DNA of 64,000 nt from Octopus sinensis (Eukaryota): assembly GCF_006345805.1 (NCBI RefSeq), contig NC_042997.1, positions 30,318,001 to 30,382,000 on the forward strand. The letters run 5' to 3'. A program made the position numbers and the translations under genes. Below the pieces are notes generated by a model. It did no database searches. It saw only the letters and a list, made by a program, of their open reading frames with translations, and had not been told where the DNA came from. Every line of letters begins with the position of its first letter. Positions within the stretch are counted from its first letter, which is position 1. Below, in pieces: positions 12,741 through 25,340 of the stretch.

Positions 12741-12943
12741 GATTTCTAATTTTGGCACAAGGCGAGCAGGTTCAGGGGAGGGGATAAGACGATTACATCA
12801 ACCCCAGTGCATAACTGGTGCTTATTTTATCGGCCCCGAAAGGATGAATGGCAAAGTCGATCTCGGCGGAATCTGAACTGAGAACATAAAGACGGATGAA
12901 ATGCTGTTTAGTATTTTGCTAACGATTCCGCCAGCTCGCCGCA
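12741..12943 (-). mobile_element. SINE family A
   Basis: Reverse-complement body ending in head sequence GCCAGCTCGCCGC. Confidence 0.8.
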
Positions 12944-13137
12944 TTAGTCATGTCTGCCAACTCGCCGCATTAGTCATGTCTGTCAGCTCGCCGCATTAGT
13001 CATGTCTGTCAGCTCGCCGCATTAGTCATGTCTGCCAACTCGCCGCATTAGTCATGTCTGCCAGCTCGCCGCATTAGTCATGTCTGTCAGCTCGCCGCAT
13101 TAGTCATGTCTGCCAGCTCGCCGCATTAGTCATGTCT
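12930..13137. repeat. 26-bp minisatellite, 8 copies (GCCAGCTCGCCGCATTAGTCATGTCT)
   Basis: 208 bp equals 8 x 26, with minor variants. Confidence 0.95.
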
Positions 13138-13144
13138 AAATATC

Positions 13145-13289
13145 AGTTTCAAATATCGGCACAAGGCCAGCAATTTCGAGGGAGGTGTAAGTCGATTACA
13201 TTGAACCCAGTGTCCAGCTGGCATTTATTTTATCAGTCCCGAAAAGACGAAAGGCAAAGTCGAACTCAGCGGAATTTGAACTCAGAATG
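13145..13289 (-). mobile_element. 5'-truncated SINE A with 18-bp flanking duplication
   Basis: TAGTCATGTCTAAATATC at 13127-13144 and 13290-13307. Confidence 0.8.
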
Positions 13290-14035
13290 TAGTCATGTCT
13301 AAATATCGCAAAGTATTTTGTCTGACGCTTTATTGATTCTATTGTTCACAGACCACTAACGTTACCTTTATCAACCATTTACGACGTATTTAACAGGGTT
13401 GCTTGGTACTCGTCCCTCATTCCCACTAGAAGCATTACTGTATTTGATTTATCTTCTGTTTGAGTTAACATTAGATCATGCAAACTAGAACTGTCCTTTC
13501 AAAATAACAACAAAAGCGAAAAAAGAAACCTCCCACCGTGCGTTTTACAATAAGGTTAACAAGGACAATCAGACAGTGAAATACCTTTGTCAGGCACACG
13601 GCGTAGTACGAGAACTAGATATAAATTTGCTGATCCACCAGTTGGAAGGTCATTAAACGATATGCACTGCAATCAAATAAGTAGATATATACATAGAAAC
13701 GTATATATTTCTCGTATTTCATGACTGAGAGATTTTCTGCTGGTTTAGTAACATAGAGACAAACTATTGGATTTCTCCAGTTTGGCATGATACAGCTTTT
13801 ATTTTAATGTTTCAATGTCTTAAACACAAAATATCGGTTTTGTCATAGATCTTAGTCACGAATCAATGCTGAACATTTATTTTCTTTGCATGTCAAAACA
13901 TTGATTTTTATCTCTATTTAGATATTGCATCTCAACATGATCGAGATGAGATTTTAAAATAAAAGAGAAAAGTAATTTTAATTTTTTTCTGGAGTATCGG
14001 AAAAAATGCCTGGCAATGGCGGTAATAGTTCCTAG

Positions 14036-14265
14036 GCGGCGAGCTGGCAGAATCGTTAGCACGTCGGGCGAAATGCTTAGTGGTATTTCGGCCGCCGTAA
14101 CGTTCTGAGTTCAAATTCCGCCAAGGTCGACTTTGCCTTTCATCCTTTCGGGGTCGATAAATTAAGCACCAGTTACGCACTGGGGTCGATGTAATCGACT
14201 TAATACCTATGTCTGTCCTTGTTTGTCCCCTCTGTGTTTAGCCCCTTGAGGGTAATATAGAAATA
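14036..14265 (+). mobile_element. Young full-length SINE A with 15-bp TSD, nested in an older SINE
   Basis: GGTAATAGTTCCTAG at 14021-14035 and 14266-14280. The flanks rejoin into a degenerate family A body. Confidence 0.95.
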
Positions 14266-14611
14266 GGTAATAGTTCCTAGTTCAAAATCCACTTCTGTCA
14301 ACTTTGCTTTTCCTCTTGGCAGAGTTGATCGAGAGAGATTTAATCGAGTCTCTCCTTCCCACATATTAGTAGTATTTTGCCCTTATGAGAAAATTTTGCC
14401 AAACATACTACTTAGCAGATGTTAGAGTGTTGAAAAAATGTTTTCTAATTTTTTTTCCTTTTTTTTTTTACGTTCTGAGTTCAAATCCCACTGATGTCAG
14501 CATTTGCTTTTCATCCTTTCGGAGTCGATAAGATAATACCAAATTCTTTGGGGTCGATGTCATCGGCCACACAGCTCCTTTCATAATTGTGGGCTTTTTT
14601 TTTTTACCTAG

Positions 14612-14948
14612 AGTGAAGGTGCATGGCTCAGTGGTTAGAGCGTCGAGCTTACGATCGTGAGATTGTGAGTTCGAATCCCAGACCGGGCTACGTGTTGTGT
14701 TCTTGAGCAAGACACTTTATTTCACGCTGCTCCAGTTCACTCAGCTGTAGAAATGAGTTGCAACATCATTGATGCCAAGCTGTATCGGCCTTTGCCTTTC
14801 CTTTGGATAACACTGGTGGCGTGGAGAGAGGGAAGCCGGTATGCATGGGCGACTGCTGGTCTTCCATAAACAACCTTGCCCGGACTTGTGCCTGGGAGGG
14901 TAACTTTTAAGGTGCAATCCCATGGTCAGTCATGACCGAAGGGGGTCA
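14612..14948 (+). mobile_element. tRNA-derived SINE (family D tail)
   Basis: TGGCTCAGTGG and GTTCGAATCC boxes, CTTGAGCAAGACACTT core and AAACAACCTTGCCCGGACTTGTGCC tail. The tail also occurs inverted near 11845-11935. Confidence 0.85.
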
Positions 14949-15656
14949 CAGCAGCAATAGCAGCAGTTTTACCTAGATTAGAAACAACTATTACATGCAA
15001 CAGATTAGTAATGGTAGATGGTACTAACAATGGTTTTTACCAGGAGTCCAAACTTTATTGCAAAAAAAAAATTACCGAATTACAAAAAAATACTATTCTC
15101 TGTAAGCATTCGGTATAAAAGTACGTGTGCGAGCGCGCACGCGCACGTATGTCTGTGTGATATATTAATGAAATCAGCATTTTGGATTTAATGAGTTTTG
15201 TGATACTTAATAATACTCTCATATTTTCATGTATATCACCAGGGGTCCTCACTTAGCTATCCACACCAGTGATTTCATAGTCAATGAGTTCGAATTCCGC
15301 CGACTCAACATCATCATTCATACATCCGTTTCCGAGTAAATACGTCCCAATCAATTTCTGAAAACGCTTTAATTGCCCGTACCCACCCATCAAATATGTG
15401 TGCTTTATGCTTGTGCCAGAAAATGCTATTTCCCACAGTGATATGATAACATGAAGGCGTTAGAAGTGTGATATCTGTTGAACACAGAGATAAACAAAAC
15501 TATTTTAGAAACAAAATAATCTGTTAGTAATCACTACTGACGTGAACAATGTGCTTGTTATATTGAGCAGTGACGTTATGTAATTGATGATATCCATATA
15601 ACACAGTTAAGTGGATGATTTGTGATGACACATCTTAATATTTATGCAGTAAGGAG

Positions 15657-16210
15657 GAGGCGAGCTGACAGAATCGTTAGTAAGGCGGGCGAAATACTTA
15701 GCGGTATTTCGTCTGCCGCTACGTTCTGAGTTCAAATTCCGCCGAGGTCGACGTTGCTTTTCGGGGTCGATAAATTAAGTACCGGTTACGCACTGGGGTC
15801 GATGTAATCGACATAATACCTATGTCTGTCCTTGTTTGTCCCCTCTATGTTTAGCCCCTTGTGGGTAATAAAGAGATAGGTATTTCGTCTGCCGTTACGT
15901 TCTGAGTTCAAATTCCGCCGAGGTCGACGTTGCTTTTCGGGGTCGATAAATTAGGTACCAGTTACGCACTGGAGTTGATGTAATCGACTTAATCTGTTTG
16001 TTTGTCCTTGTTTGTCCCCTCTGTGTTTAGCCCCTTGTGGGTAATAAAGAAATAGGCATTTCGTCCGACCTGAGTTCAAATTCTTCCCAGGTCGACTCTG
16101 TCTTTCATAAACTCGGAATCAATAAAATAAATACCTACTAAACACAGGGGTCGATGTAATCGACTTAACACCCCAGAATTGTCGTTATTGTGCCATAATT
16201 TGAAAACAAT
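15657..16210 (+). mobile_element. SINE A head plus tandem head-less unit(s)
   Basis: One head, then units joined at GA.ATAGG|TATTTCGTC. Confidence 0.88.
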
Positions 16211-16516
16211 ATATATTAAGCGTAGGGCAGCGAATTTGGCAGCATCGATATGGCTTCGGACAAAATAACTTGCAGGATTGAATCTCTAGTTTATTATTTC
16301 GAATCCTGCCAAAGTCGATTTTGCATTTCTTCCTTCCTGACAACTACTTTCTTTCTGTCTGTCAATAATTGGCGTTGATATAATCGACTATAATAATCCC
16401 TCAAATTGAGGTTCCGTGTCTATCCTAGAAAGCGACATTTATCCGCTATTTCTCCAAGTTAATCATTTGACTATTACTTATGAATCATTTTCCCACAAAT
16501 TTGACATATCCCGGCC

Positions 16517-16555
<39 letters not shown>

Positions 16556-17825
16556 ATTCAGTCACACACACACACACAAACAAGCAGACTTACTCATTCG
16601 CTTTACTGCACATATGTTTTCAGATATTTTATTTGTGTTTAGATTTGTATTTTAAATAACTTATAAAAATAAATTAGATTTAAAGAGAAAATTAATTTGA
16701 GTATTTCAGTTATAGAATTTAATACCATATAAATTGCTCTCGTCAATTTTTAATTAGATACACTGACTTTCAATTAATATATGAGGGTTAATGAACTTGT
16801 AGTAATTATCTTCTATATCTTTTAAGTTGATAAGAGGGCGTGGGCTATGCAGAATCTTTAGAGAGTTGCATAAAATGTCTTGCAGTAATGCAGTGTTTCT
16901 AGTGAACTAATCGGAAAATGATACGAGGCAATGATCAAAACATTTACAGGCAATCCTAGTCTGGTGTAAACGAAGGAATTGGTAATTTAGCCTTCGCAGC
17001 GATAAGCTGATGTCTGCAAAGAAAACTTGAGTGCCGAGGGAATTACACAGAGGTTCCAGAAGGGTGGTGAACTGACAGAATTGTTACAGCATCAGACAAA
17101 ATGTTTTACAGTAACTGTTTTGGTTTGTTGCGTTTTGTTTTCAAATCGTACCGGGGTTAATTTCGCCTTTCATGTTGCCAAGGTCAATACAAAAAGACCC
17201 AGTCCAAGACAGTGGAATGGCAGAATTTTTAGATAAAATGCTTTGCAGCAGCTGTTCTGTCTCTTTGAATTATGAATATCCATGTAGATGTGTCGAAGTT
17301 TTCATTTCTCTCATTTAACAAAATGACGTCTTATAAAGGAAACTATTGAAGAGAATCATCGGGATACTGTCTTTGAGTTCTCCATGAAACTTCCATGATA
17401 AGTACTTGGCTCCTATCAGAAGTTTTAGTTGAATCGATAGCACAAGAAAGAGATTTTGTGGACTTGTTATAATTAACTGCTTAACGTGAGCAGAAGCCAT
17501 AATTACTGGCACTGGAATTGGTAGAGTGGAAATAGCGCGTGTCTGTTTGTAGTGGAATTGCACTCATAACAATAGAATCTTTATCAATGAGTTGAACGAT
17601 AACACACCTCACGTTTACCTTGATATGTGAAGTTATTCTACCTATATGTCTGCTACTACTGAAAGGATCTAAGTTGTCATGCCTACATCCAAGGTTGTTT
17701 TCCAGGATTTTGTTCAGAGAAAGAATGTAAAAATGCCATGTGATGTCTAGGTTGCATACGTACAACACCTGTGTTCGTTAGGTTAAAGAAAAGTGAAGGG
17801 TGGATGGATGATATCATCCTCATAG

Positions 17826-18868
17826 TACGAGGATCGGCTGAAAAGTTCATAGGCTGACCAAGGTACTCTCATGGAATGTAAACAAATGAGGTTTATTTTG
17901 TTTATTTTTCAACATAGACCACCTTGCGTTCTACACACTTCTTGTTGGTCAAAACAGTTATCAACACTAGAAATGAAGTCATCATCACTTCGATACTGAT
18001 TCCCAGCCATGTGGGCTTTTGGGGTTTTGTTTTCGTGTTCAAAAACAGATGGTCGTAAAATAGGGTAACATCAGGAAAATAGAGAGGGTAATCAACCAGT
18101 TCAAAGCCACAGTTACACACAAAAGCCATTGAAACGAAGGAGTTGTGTGCTGGAGCACTGTCCTGATGAAACAGGACGCCTTCTGTAAGTTTACTGGACG
18201 TTTGCTCTTGATAGGCTTTTGCAATTGCCTCAGCATTGTTGATGTGACCCTTTTGAATATATTCAATAAGCAGATTGACATTTGCGTCTCAAAAACTGAG
18301 CTGTGCTTTCGATCAGATGTCAGAAGACGTGGAATCCACGGAGCAGAAACCTTCATCACGCCAAGTTCATTGTTCAGAATATTTTCAACTCTCTCGGAGA
18401 AATGCTAATAGTAGTGGCTATTTGATTTATAGTCAATCGCTTATCATTCATCACCGTATGGTGAATATGATCAATGTTCTCCTTGTTGGTCGCAGTTGCA
18501 GGACCTCCAGACCTTGGTTCATCTTCAAAATTCTCCCTTCCCCTCCTAAATTCCACGGTCCACTTTTGTAGTATTAATTTAGCTGGATGGTCATCCTCCA
18601 ATGTAGCAAACATGTCAGAACGAATGTCCTTGTGAGCTAACTACAGGTACTTGAAAACACCGTAACACCACGATGCTAAATTTTGTCCATTTTCAAGAGA
18701 AGTCGCTACCATTTACTTTTGAAGTGTAAACAGTGAGATGTCAGTTCACCTGAAAAGAAACAATGCAGTTATTAATAAGGAGAGTTTGAAATTAATGAAT
18801 GCAAGATTTCACAGTCCTAGCATCACTCCTTTATAAAGAGCCTATGAACTCTTCAACACAAGCTCGTA
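17826..18868 (-). mobile_element. Internally deleted, decayed mariner DNA transposon
   Basis: TIRs TACGAGGATCGGCTGAAAAGTTCATAGGCT (17826) and AGCCTATGAACTCTTCAACACAAGCTCGTA (ends 18868). Transposase fragments KWTVEFRRGRENFEDEPRSGGP, KVSAPWIPRLLT and an LFHQDSAPAH-like segment; the region of the first catalytic Asp is missing. Confidence 0.9.
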
Positions 18869-19860
18869 TTATGTGTTGCTAGAATGATAGCAAATGGTCG
18901 TAAATGTTCAGATGAATAGTTCTAGTAGACGTAACCAGAGTTTTGGAACATCATTGTTAGCTATGAGAGAACAATGGGAAGGTCTAAAAGGAAGCTTCCA
19001 GACAAAGAGATGAGAGGCAAATAAAACTGCCAACCAGTCAAATCAGATGTTTATGCCAGACACAGTCTAAGTGCAAAGACTTTGCTATGCTGGCGTTTTC
19101 AAGAACAAAAATTGCCTATGAAGAGAGAATTGAGAGCAATAGATAGACAAGGGAAATGAAATTATTACAACTGGCGGTTGCAACTGGGCCGTGATATGAA
19201 TTTTCCTGGAGTATATTTCTTGCACTGTAGCGATTGCGAATCGTTCAAAAATGATAGTAGGTATACTTTTAAGGATCATAAATATACTATATTTTAGAGA
19301 ACAAGAGAAATTGAATGTTATGGGGCTTATCATTTTTCTATCACATTTGCGTCATAAGAGAAGTGAATGAAATTGCATGAAAATTGAAACCACAATGTTT
19401 ACTTCCGTGAAACTTGCCAAATATTCTTCTTAAATTTCAGTCGACTGCTAAATCAAATTCGTATAGCTCAATGCAGTCTGAGATAATTTCGGTAATGACT
19501 ATAAGGTATTTTCCAATGCAGGGAGTATCTGCAAGCTCTGACATCATAACATCTACGTTGAAGAAAGATAACCAAGTAAAAACAAGATACTATAGAGGTA
19601 TAAGAAGTGGGATGTCAGTTTAAAACATCGGTACAAAAAATTATTTTTAGGAAATGATAAGCTGTTAGCAAAGGAATCACTGCTGACGTAATACAAAGTC
19701 CTTGTTATTAGAATATTATGTAACTGAAGATATAGATATAACACAGAAGTTGGATCAGTTGTGATAATATTTCTTAACATTTAAACACTATTTATTTCTC
19801 CTAGTTAGTCATTTCAGTATTAATTACACAAAATATTTTCCCACAGATTCAATCTACCCT

Positions 19861-19913
<53 letters not shown>

Positions 19914-20833
19914 CTTACGTTCATATTTCCTCTCCTGCTTTTTTTTTTCGCTCCTCTGATTAAGGCAACAAAATATCTCCGAGATTAGTTTTAGTTTTAG
20001 ATGTTCACGACTAAACTTTCCACTTCTAGTTTACACGTCACATCCTCATCACCCCCACAACTTACCACTGCTGGTGTTTGGCGTGTAACATTACAGTTGA
20101 GAATAAACTCAAAACTACTGAAATTTTACCCTTGTCAGCAAAATTAGCAAATCAATTGTACTAATTATAGACACGTCTTACCTTCATATCAGTTGATAGA
20201 TGCTAACCCTTTCAAACTATATTTGGTAATTGGAAGACTTAATAAGTCATTTCTAACATTCTTCTGATAAACTAATTATATATAAACCACTCCGATAGCT
20301 TCAAGGATTGCAACTTACATTTTAAGGAAAGGTCTTTTTAATTCAATAATTTTTTAAACATTAATATGCAAAATAACATCGATAACATTTAATATAATTA
20401 ACCTTTGATAAATTGGGGTTGGAAATGCTATCCTTAATATTGCCTATTATTGGTTTATAGACGTGTAAATATCAAATATTTCAATGCAAAAACTTTGCTT
20501 CCGCAAAACTTTCAGAGTTATACCGAGTTCTAATGCTGATCTATATGCATGTGCATTTGAGTGTGCGTGTAAGTGTGTGTGTGGTCATATATATATGTGC
20601 AAATGCTTGAAGGTATCTAAGTATACAATATGCATGTACGTATGCATTTTCGGCCGGTGTCTTTTTATATTGCATTAAGTCTCACGTAACACCTAACAGG
20701 AGACACAAAGAAGAGCGGCACTGTGCAACTTGCTATTTCACCCGAAGCAATACTGGAAAAGATCTCCGGACGCAGTAAAAGCGGTGCACCCGCATGACTT
20801 CCGCCTTCTAGCAGAAACCCATAAAAGATTTCA

Positions 20834-20868
<35 letters not shown>

Positions 20869-20990
20869 TATATATATATATACATATACATATATATATA
20901 TACACATATATATACATATATATATGCATATATATATATATATATATATATTTAAAAAAAGGAGATGTCGAACACGAGTGGTGATATATA

Positions 20991-22632
20991 AAAAGGAAAT
21001 GAAGAAAATGCTGACAAATAATTGAAGTAATTTAAGTATTTAATTAGGTGAAAGTTCTTTTTACCGGTTGCGCATTTGTTATGCTTATCGAAATATAAAA
21101 GAGAGATTAGAGTCTGTCTCTTATATGTGAAAAAAAGAGGCTCCAGAGTTGTTTTGGATTTGCTTGTTTTCGCGCCTAAAATTTTGATTGGTCATTATGA
21201 AGGGGTCACGTGAATGTTTGAATGGAAGTTGGTGTTGGGTTAAGAAAAAAGGCTCCAGAGAAGTAAAATTTGGCTAGTGTCCCGCCTAAAATTTCTTATT
21301 GGCCATAATAAAGAGGTCACGTGAATGTTTAGAATTTTCGAAAATAGTGTTGTTGAAAATTCTTATTGTTCAGGCTGGTCAGTAGACGTCATGTGGATAT
21401 TTTAAATAGCTTTTTAGCGCGTAGTTAGGGAGTGTATTTTCCGCTTGACTGGATAAGTAAGTTCGTTTAGAACAGGGAGAGCTGTATGTATGTATGTGTG
21501 TGCGCGCGCGTGCGTGTGTGTGTTTATATGTATGTTGGGGCGCGCGCGCGTGTATATATGTGTATGTGTGTGGGTACAATTTTCAATATTTATAGTTCTG
21601 CTGGCCTTGTGCCTGTATCGGGAAGCAACGTATTTGTGTGAAGTCAATATTTACAGCCATTTCCAAAAATATTGTTTTGGATGTTTTGCACCCGTATTCA
21701 ATTATGTGTATGTGTGGAACCATATATTTGTGTGTGTCATGGTGTTAATATCTGGGTAGGGTGTGTGCAGGTGTAAGTGTGTTTGTTGTGGGTTCGTGTT
21801 AGGGGCATGTGTTTAGAAGTGGTCTGTATTTATTAATAAGGTGGGATTCCATGGTTATTCGCTGGGTATGAGTGGCATTGTCTTTAAATTTGTAGAGGGG
21901 AAAGATTCTAAAATTGGGACGGAGTTGTGCGGCACAGGTATCAATATGTGCACTAAATGCTATTTTTCTATATTCCTGTATTTTTATTTGGGATCTGTGG
22001 ACAGTCATGCGTTGGCGGAGGCTATTTTTGTTTGGCCTATGTAGTGTTCATTACAGCCCGAGCAAGTTAAGACATATACTAGGTTTTCTGATGCGCATGT
22101 GAAGTTGTGTTATACTGTGAAACGTTGTCCTTGTTTAAAAAGGAATTCCGGACCTTCTATTAGGTTGATGCATATACCACAGTTGGGTCTATTGCATTTG
22201 TTTACTGTGGGTTTAGTTGTTGTGGTTGGCAGTACTTTGGCATTTGTTAGGATGGTTTTTCAATGATTTGGGTTGCCTTTTGCTCTTTATGATTTCGTGT
22301 GTTAGGAGGATTTGGTTCATTCTATGGTCCTTTTGTAATACAGGAATGTTCTGGAGGATGGTGTCAAAAGCTTCATTGTTGAGGGGGTTGTGTGTAGAGA
22401 TGTATGGTAGAGTATGGGGTTTCGATGTAACAGGTTTAGGGCGTCTAAGTTCCTGCGTGCTGAGTTTTAGGGCGCGTTGGATCCCATTGTCAATTAGTGA
22501 CGTGGGGTAATCCCTGCTTGTTAATGTGCCCTTGAGTTCTTGTAGACGTAAGAGACGGGTGTTTTTATTGGAGACTATAGTGCAAATTCTCTTGGCTAAG
22601 TTGTAGGGAATGTTAATTTTAACGTGTCTAGG
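20991..22632 (-). mobile_element. Inverted copy of the PLE 3' portion (left arm of palindrome)
   Basis: Reverse complement of 22938-24574. It encodes ...LVYVLTCSGCNEHYIGQT...MTVHRSQIKIQEYRKIAFSAHIDTCAAQ...LLNTCP*. Confidence 0.93.
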
Positions 22633-24232
22633 AAATCACCCTCTATAATAACGTTCTTAACCAATTTGGCACCACTCTCCACACACACATAGAGAAGAAC
22701 TGGAAGAGATATCTTGATGACTGCTTCATCCTTTGGCCCGAAACCGTCGAGAAGCTTAACGAATTTCACACTCTTATAAATGGGCTCAACACAAACATTA
22801 TTTTCACAATGGAATACAGCCCTCAACAAATTCCCTTCCTCGACATCCTCATTAAAATTCACAACAAAAAAATAGAAACAGACATATACTACAAGCCCAC
22901 AGACTCCAAGCAATACCTCCCTTTCAATTCATGCCACCCTAGACACGTTAAAATTAACATTCCCACAACAACTTAGCCAAGAGAATTTGCACTATAGTCT
23001 CCAATAAAAACACCCGTCTCTTACGTCTACAAGAACTCAAGGGCACATTAACAAGCAGGATTACCCCACGTCACTAATTGACAATGGGATCCAACGCGCC
23101 CTAAAACTCAGCACGCAGGAACTTAGACGCCCTAAACTGTTACATCGAAACCCCATACTCTACCATACATCTCTACACACAACCCCCCCCACAATGAAGC
23201 TTTTGACACCATCCTCCAGAACATTCCTGAATTACAAAAGGACCATAGAATGAACCAAATCCTCCTAACACACGAAATCATAAAGAGCAAAAGGCAACCC
23301 AAATCATTGAAAACCATCCTAACAAATGCCAAAGTACTGCCACCACAACAACTAAACCCACAGTAAACAAATGCAATAGACCCAACTGTGGTATATGCAT
23401 CAACCTAATAGAAGGTCCGGAATTCCTTTTTAAACAAGGACAACGTTTCACAGTAAAACACAACTTCACATGCGCATCAGAAAACCTAGTATATGTCTTA
23501 ACTTGCTCGGGCTGTAATGAACACTACATAGGCCAAACAAAAAATAGCCTCCGCCAACGCATGACTGTCCACAGATCCCAAATAAAAATACAGGAATATA
23601 GAAAAATAGCATTTAGTGCACATATTGATACCTGTGCCGCACAACTCCATCCCAATTTTAGAATCTTTCCCTCTACAAATTTAAAGACAATGCCACTCAT
23701 ACCCAGCGAATAACCATGGAATCCCACCTTATTAATAAATACAGACCACTTCTAAACACATGCCCCTAACACGAACCCACAACAAACACACTTACACCTG
23801 CACACACCCTACCCAGATATTAACACCATGACACACACAATATATGGTTCCACACATACACATAATTGAATACGGGTGCAAAACATCCAACACTATTTTT
23901 TGGAAATGGCTGTAAATATTGACTTCACACAAATACGTTGCTTCCCGATACAGGCACAAGCCAGCAGAACTATAAATATTGAAAATTGTACCCACACACA
24001 TACACATTATACACGCGCGCGCGCCCCAACATACATATAAACACACACGCGCGCGCGCACACACACAACATACATACATACAGCTCTCCCTGTTCTAAAC
24101 GAACTTACTTATCCAGTCAAGCGGAAAATACACTCCCTAACTACGCGCTAAAAACTATTTAAATATCCACATGACGTCTACTGACCAGCCTGAACAATAA
24201 GAATTTTCAACAACACTATTTTCGAAAATTCT

Positions 24233-24432
24233 AAACATTCACGTGACCTCTTTATTATGGCCAATAAGAAATTTTAGGCGGACACTAGCCAAATTTTAAC
24301 TTCTCTGGAGCCTTTTTTCTTAACCCAACACCAACTTCCATTCAAACATTCACGTGACCCCTTCATAATGACCAATCAAATTTTAGGCGCGAAACCAAGC
24401 AAATCCAAAACAACTCTGGAGCCTCTTTTTTT
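24233..24432 (+). promoter_or_regulatory. Duplicated ~111-bp module with E-box, CCAAT and E2F/GC-like motifs in the PLE 3' repeat (putative promoter)
   Basis: TCACGTGAC at ~24239 and ~24350, CCAAT at ~24261 and 24372, GCGCGAAA at 24387-24394. Function is inferred only. Confidence 0.4.
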
Positions 24433-24470
24433 CACATATAAGAGACAGACTCTAATCTCTCTTTTATATT

Positions 24471-24502
24471 TTGATAAGCATAACAAATGCGCAAAACCGG
24501 TA
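24471..24502 (+). ncRNA. Hammerhead-like motif (U3-A8 variant, degenerate G12-A14) near the PLE 3' end
   Basis: TTGATAA GCAT aacaa ATGC GCAAAA CCGG TA. The mirror copy on the minus strand at ~21059-21091 reads TCGATAA...GCAA CCGG TA. Confidence 0.4.
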
Positions 24503-24574
24503 AAAAGAACTTTCACCTAATTAAATTACTTAAATTACTTCAATTATTTGTCAGCATTTTCTTCATTTCCTTTT

Positions 24575-24864
24575 ATATATATATATATATATAATATATA
24601 TATATATGAAAGAATGAAGTTGAACGACTAGTTAACAATATCATTCAGGGACGTAGCTTCAACCGTGTTCTTTCTGATGTAATTTGCTACCCAGGTATCG
24701 GTATCTTTCGAATTATCCTTAATAAGATAATTCACTCAATTACTCAAATATTTATATATATTATATGTATATATAATATATATATATAATATATATATTA
24801 TATATATATATATATGTTATATATATATATAATTATATATATATATATATATATATGTTATATA

Positions 24865-24920
<56 letters not shown>

Positions 24921-24963
24921 TGTATATATATATATGTATATATATATAATATATGTATATATG

Positions 24964-24995
<32 letters not shown>

Positions 24996-25030
24996 TGTAT
25001 GTATAAATGTACTACGTATGTATGTATGTA
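24575..25030. repeat. Degenerate (TA)n tract (with a short unique insert at ~24608-24750)
   Basis: Direct reading. Confidence 0.8.
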
Positions 25031-25202
25031 TAAATATGCGTAGTGTTTATCCCACTTTGACGTGGATGTTCTCTCTAAGAGACGACGATACTGCTGTTTT
25101 ACCCTTAGACGATATCTTCTCTACCTGGTTTATTCAGTGCGCTTTCCGCACTCGATGTTTATTGCAAGCAGGAAATAATTCCTGCCATCCTAGATTCGAG
25201 AC

Positions 25203-25247
25203 CACCATACCACAGGATTTCGGTCTTATTGGATCTCTTCGGTGGTG
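25203..25247 (-). ncRNA. Minimal type I hammerhead-like motif (U4C variant)
   Basis: Minus strand: CACCA CCGAAGA GATC caataa GACC GAAA TCC tgt GG TA TGGTG; 5-bp stem I, GUA triplet. Confidence 0.55.
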
Positions 25248-25340
25248 AGCACTTGTTTGCCAGGCATGGCAGTAGCTTAACCTGACTTACAATATATAGA
25301 AAATAGTGATTTTGTATGTGTATATATATATATATATATA

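Larger units (their letters stand above)
22633..24574 (+). mobile_element. 5'-truncated Penelope-like retrotransposon (RT plus GIY-YIG, Neptune-like Cys linker)
   Basis: WKRYLDDCFILW (YLDD at 22710-22721), FTMEYSPQQIPFLDILI, IYYKPTDSKQYLPFNSCHP, KCNRPNCGIC and FTCASENLVYVLTCSGCNEHYIGQT. Stop at 23767-23769; frameshifts at homopolymers. Confidence 0.93.

Noticed and set aside
12930-13137. 26-bp, 27-bp and ~150-bp repeats as CRISPR arrays
   Set aside because: They have no unique spacers, the context is eukaryotic and there are no cas genes.
17315-17768. Minus-strand NKS..SLS segment as a PIF1/Helitron helicase remnant
   Set aside because: Only vague similarity by eye; it needs a profile HMM search.
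24814-25248. Long ORFs rich in YI/IY, CV/VC or HT/TH (e.g. 24814-25248, 29658-30059, 42001-42282, 58855-59179, 60377-61105)
   Set aside because: These are translations of (TA)n, (TG)n and (CA)n microsatellites, not genes.
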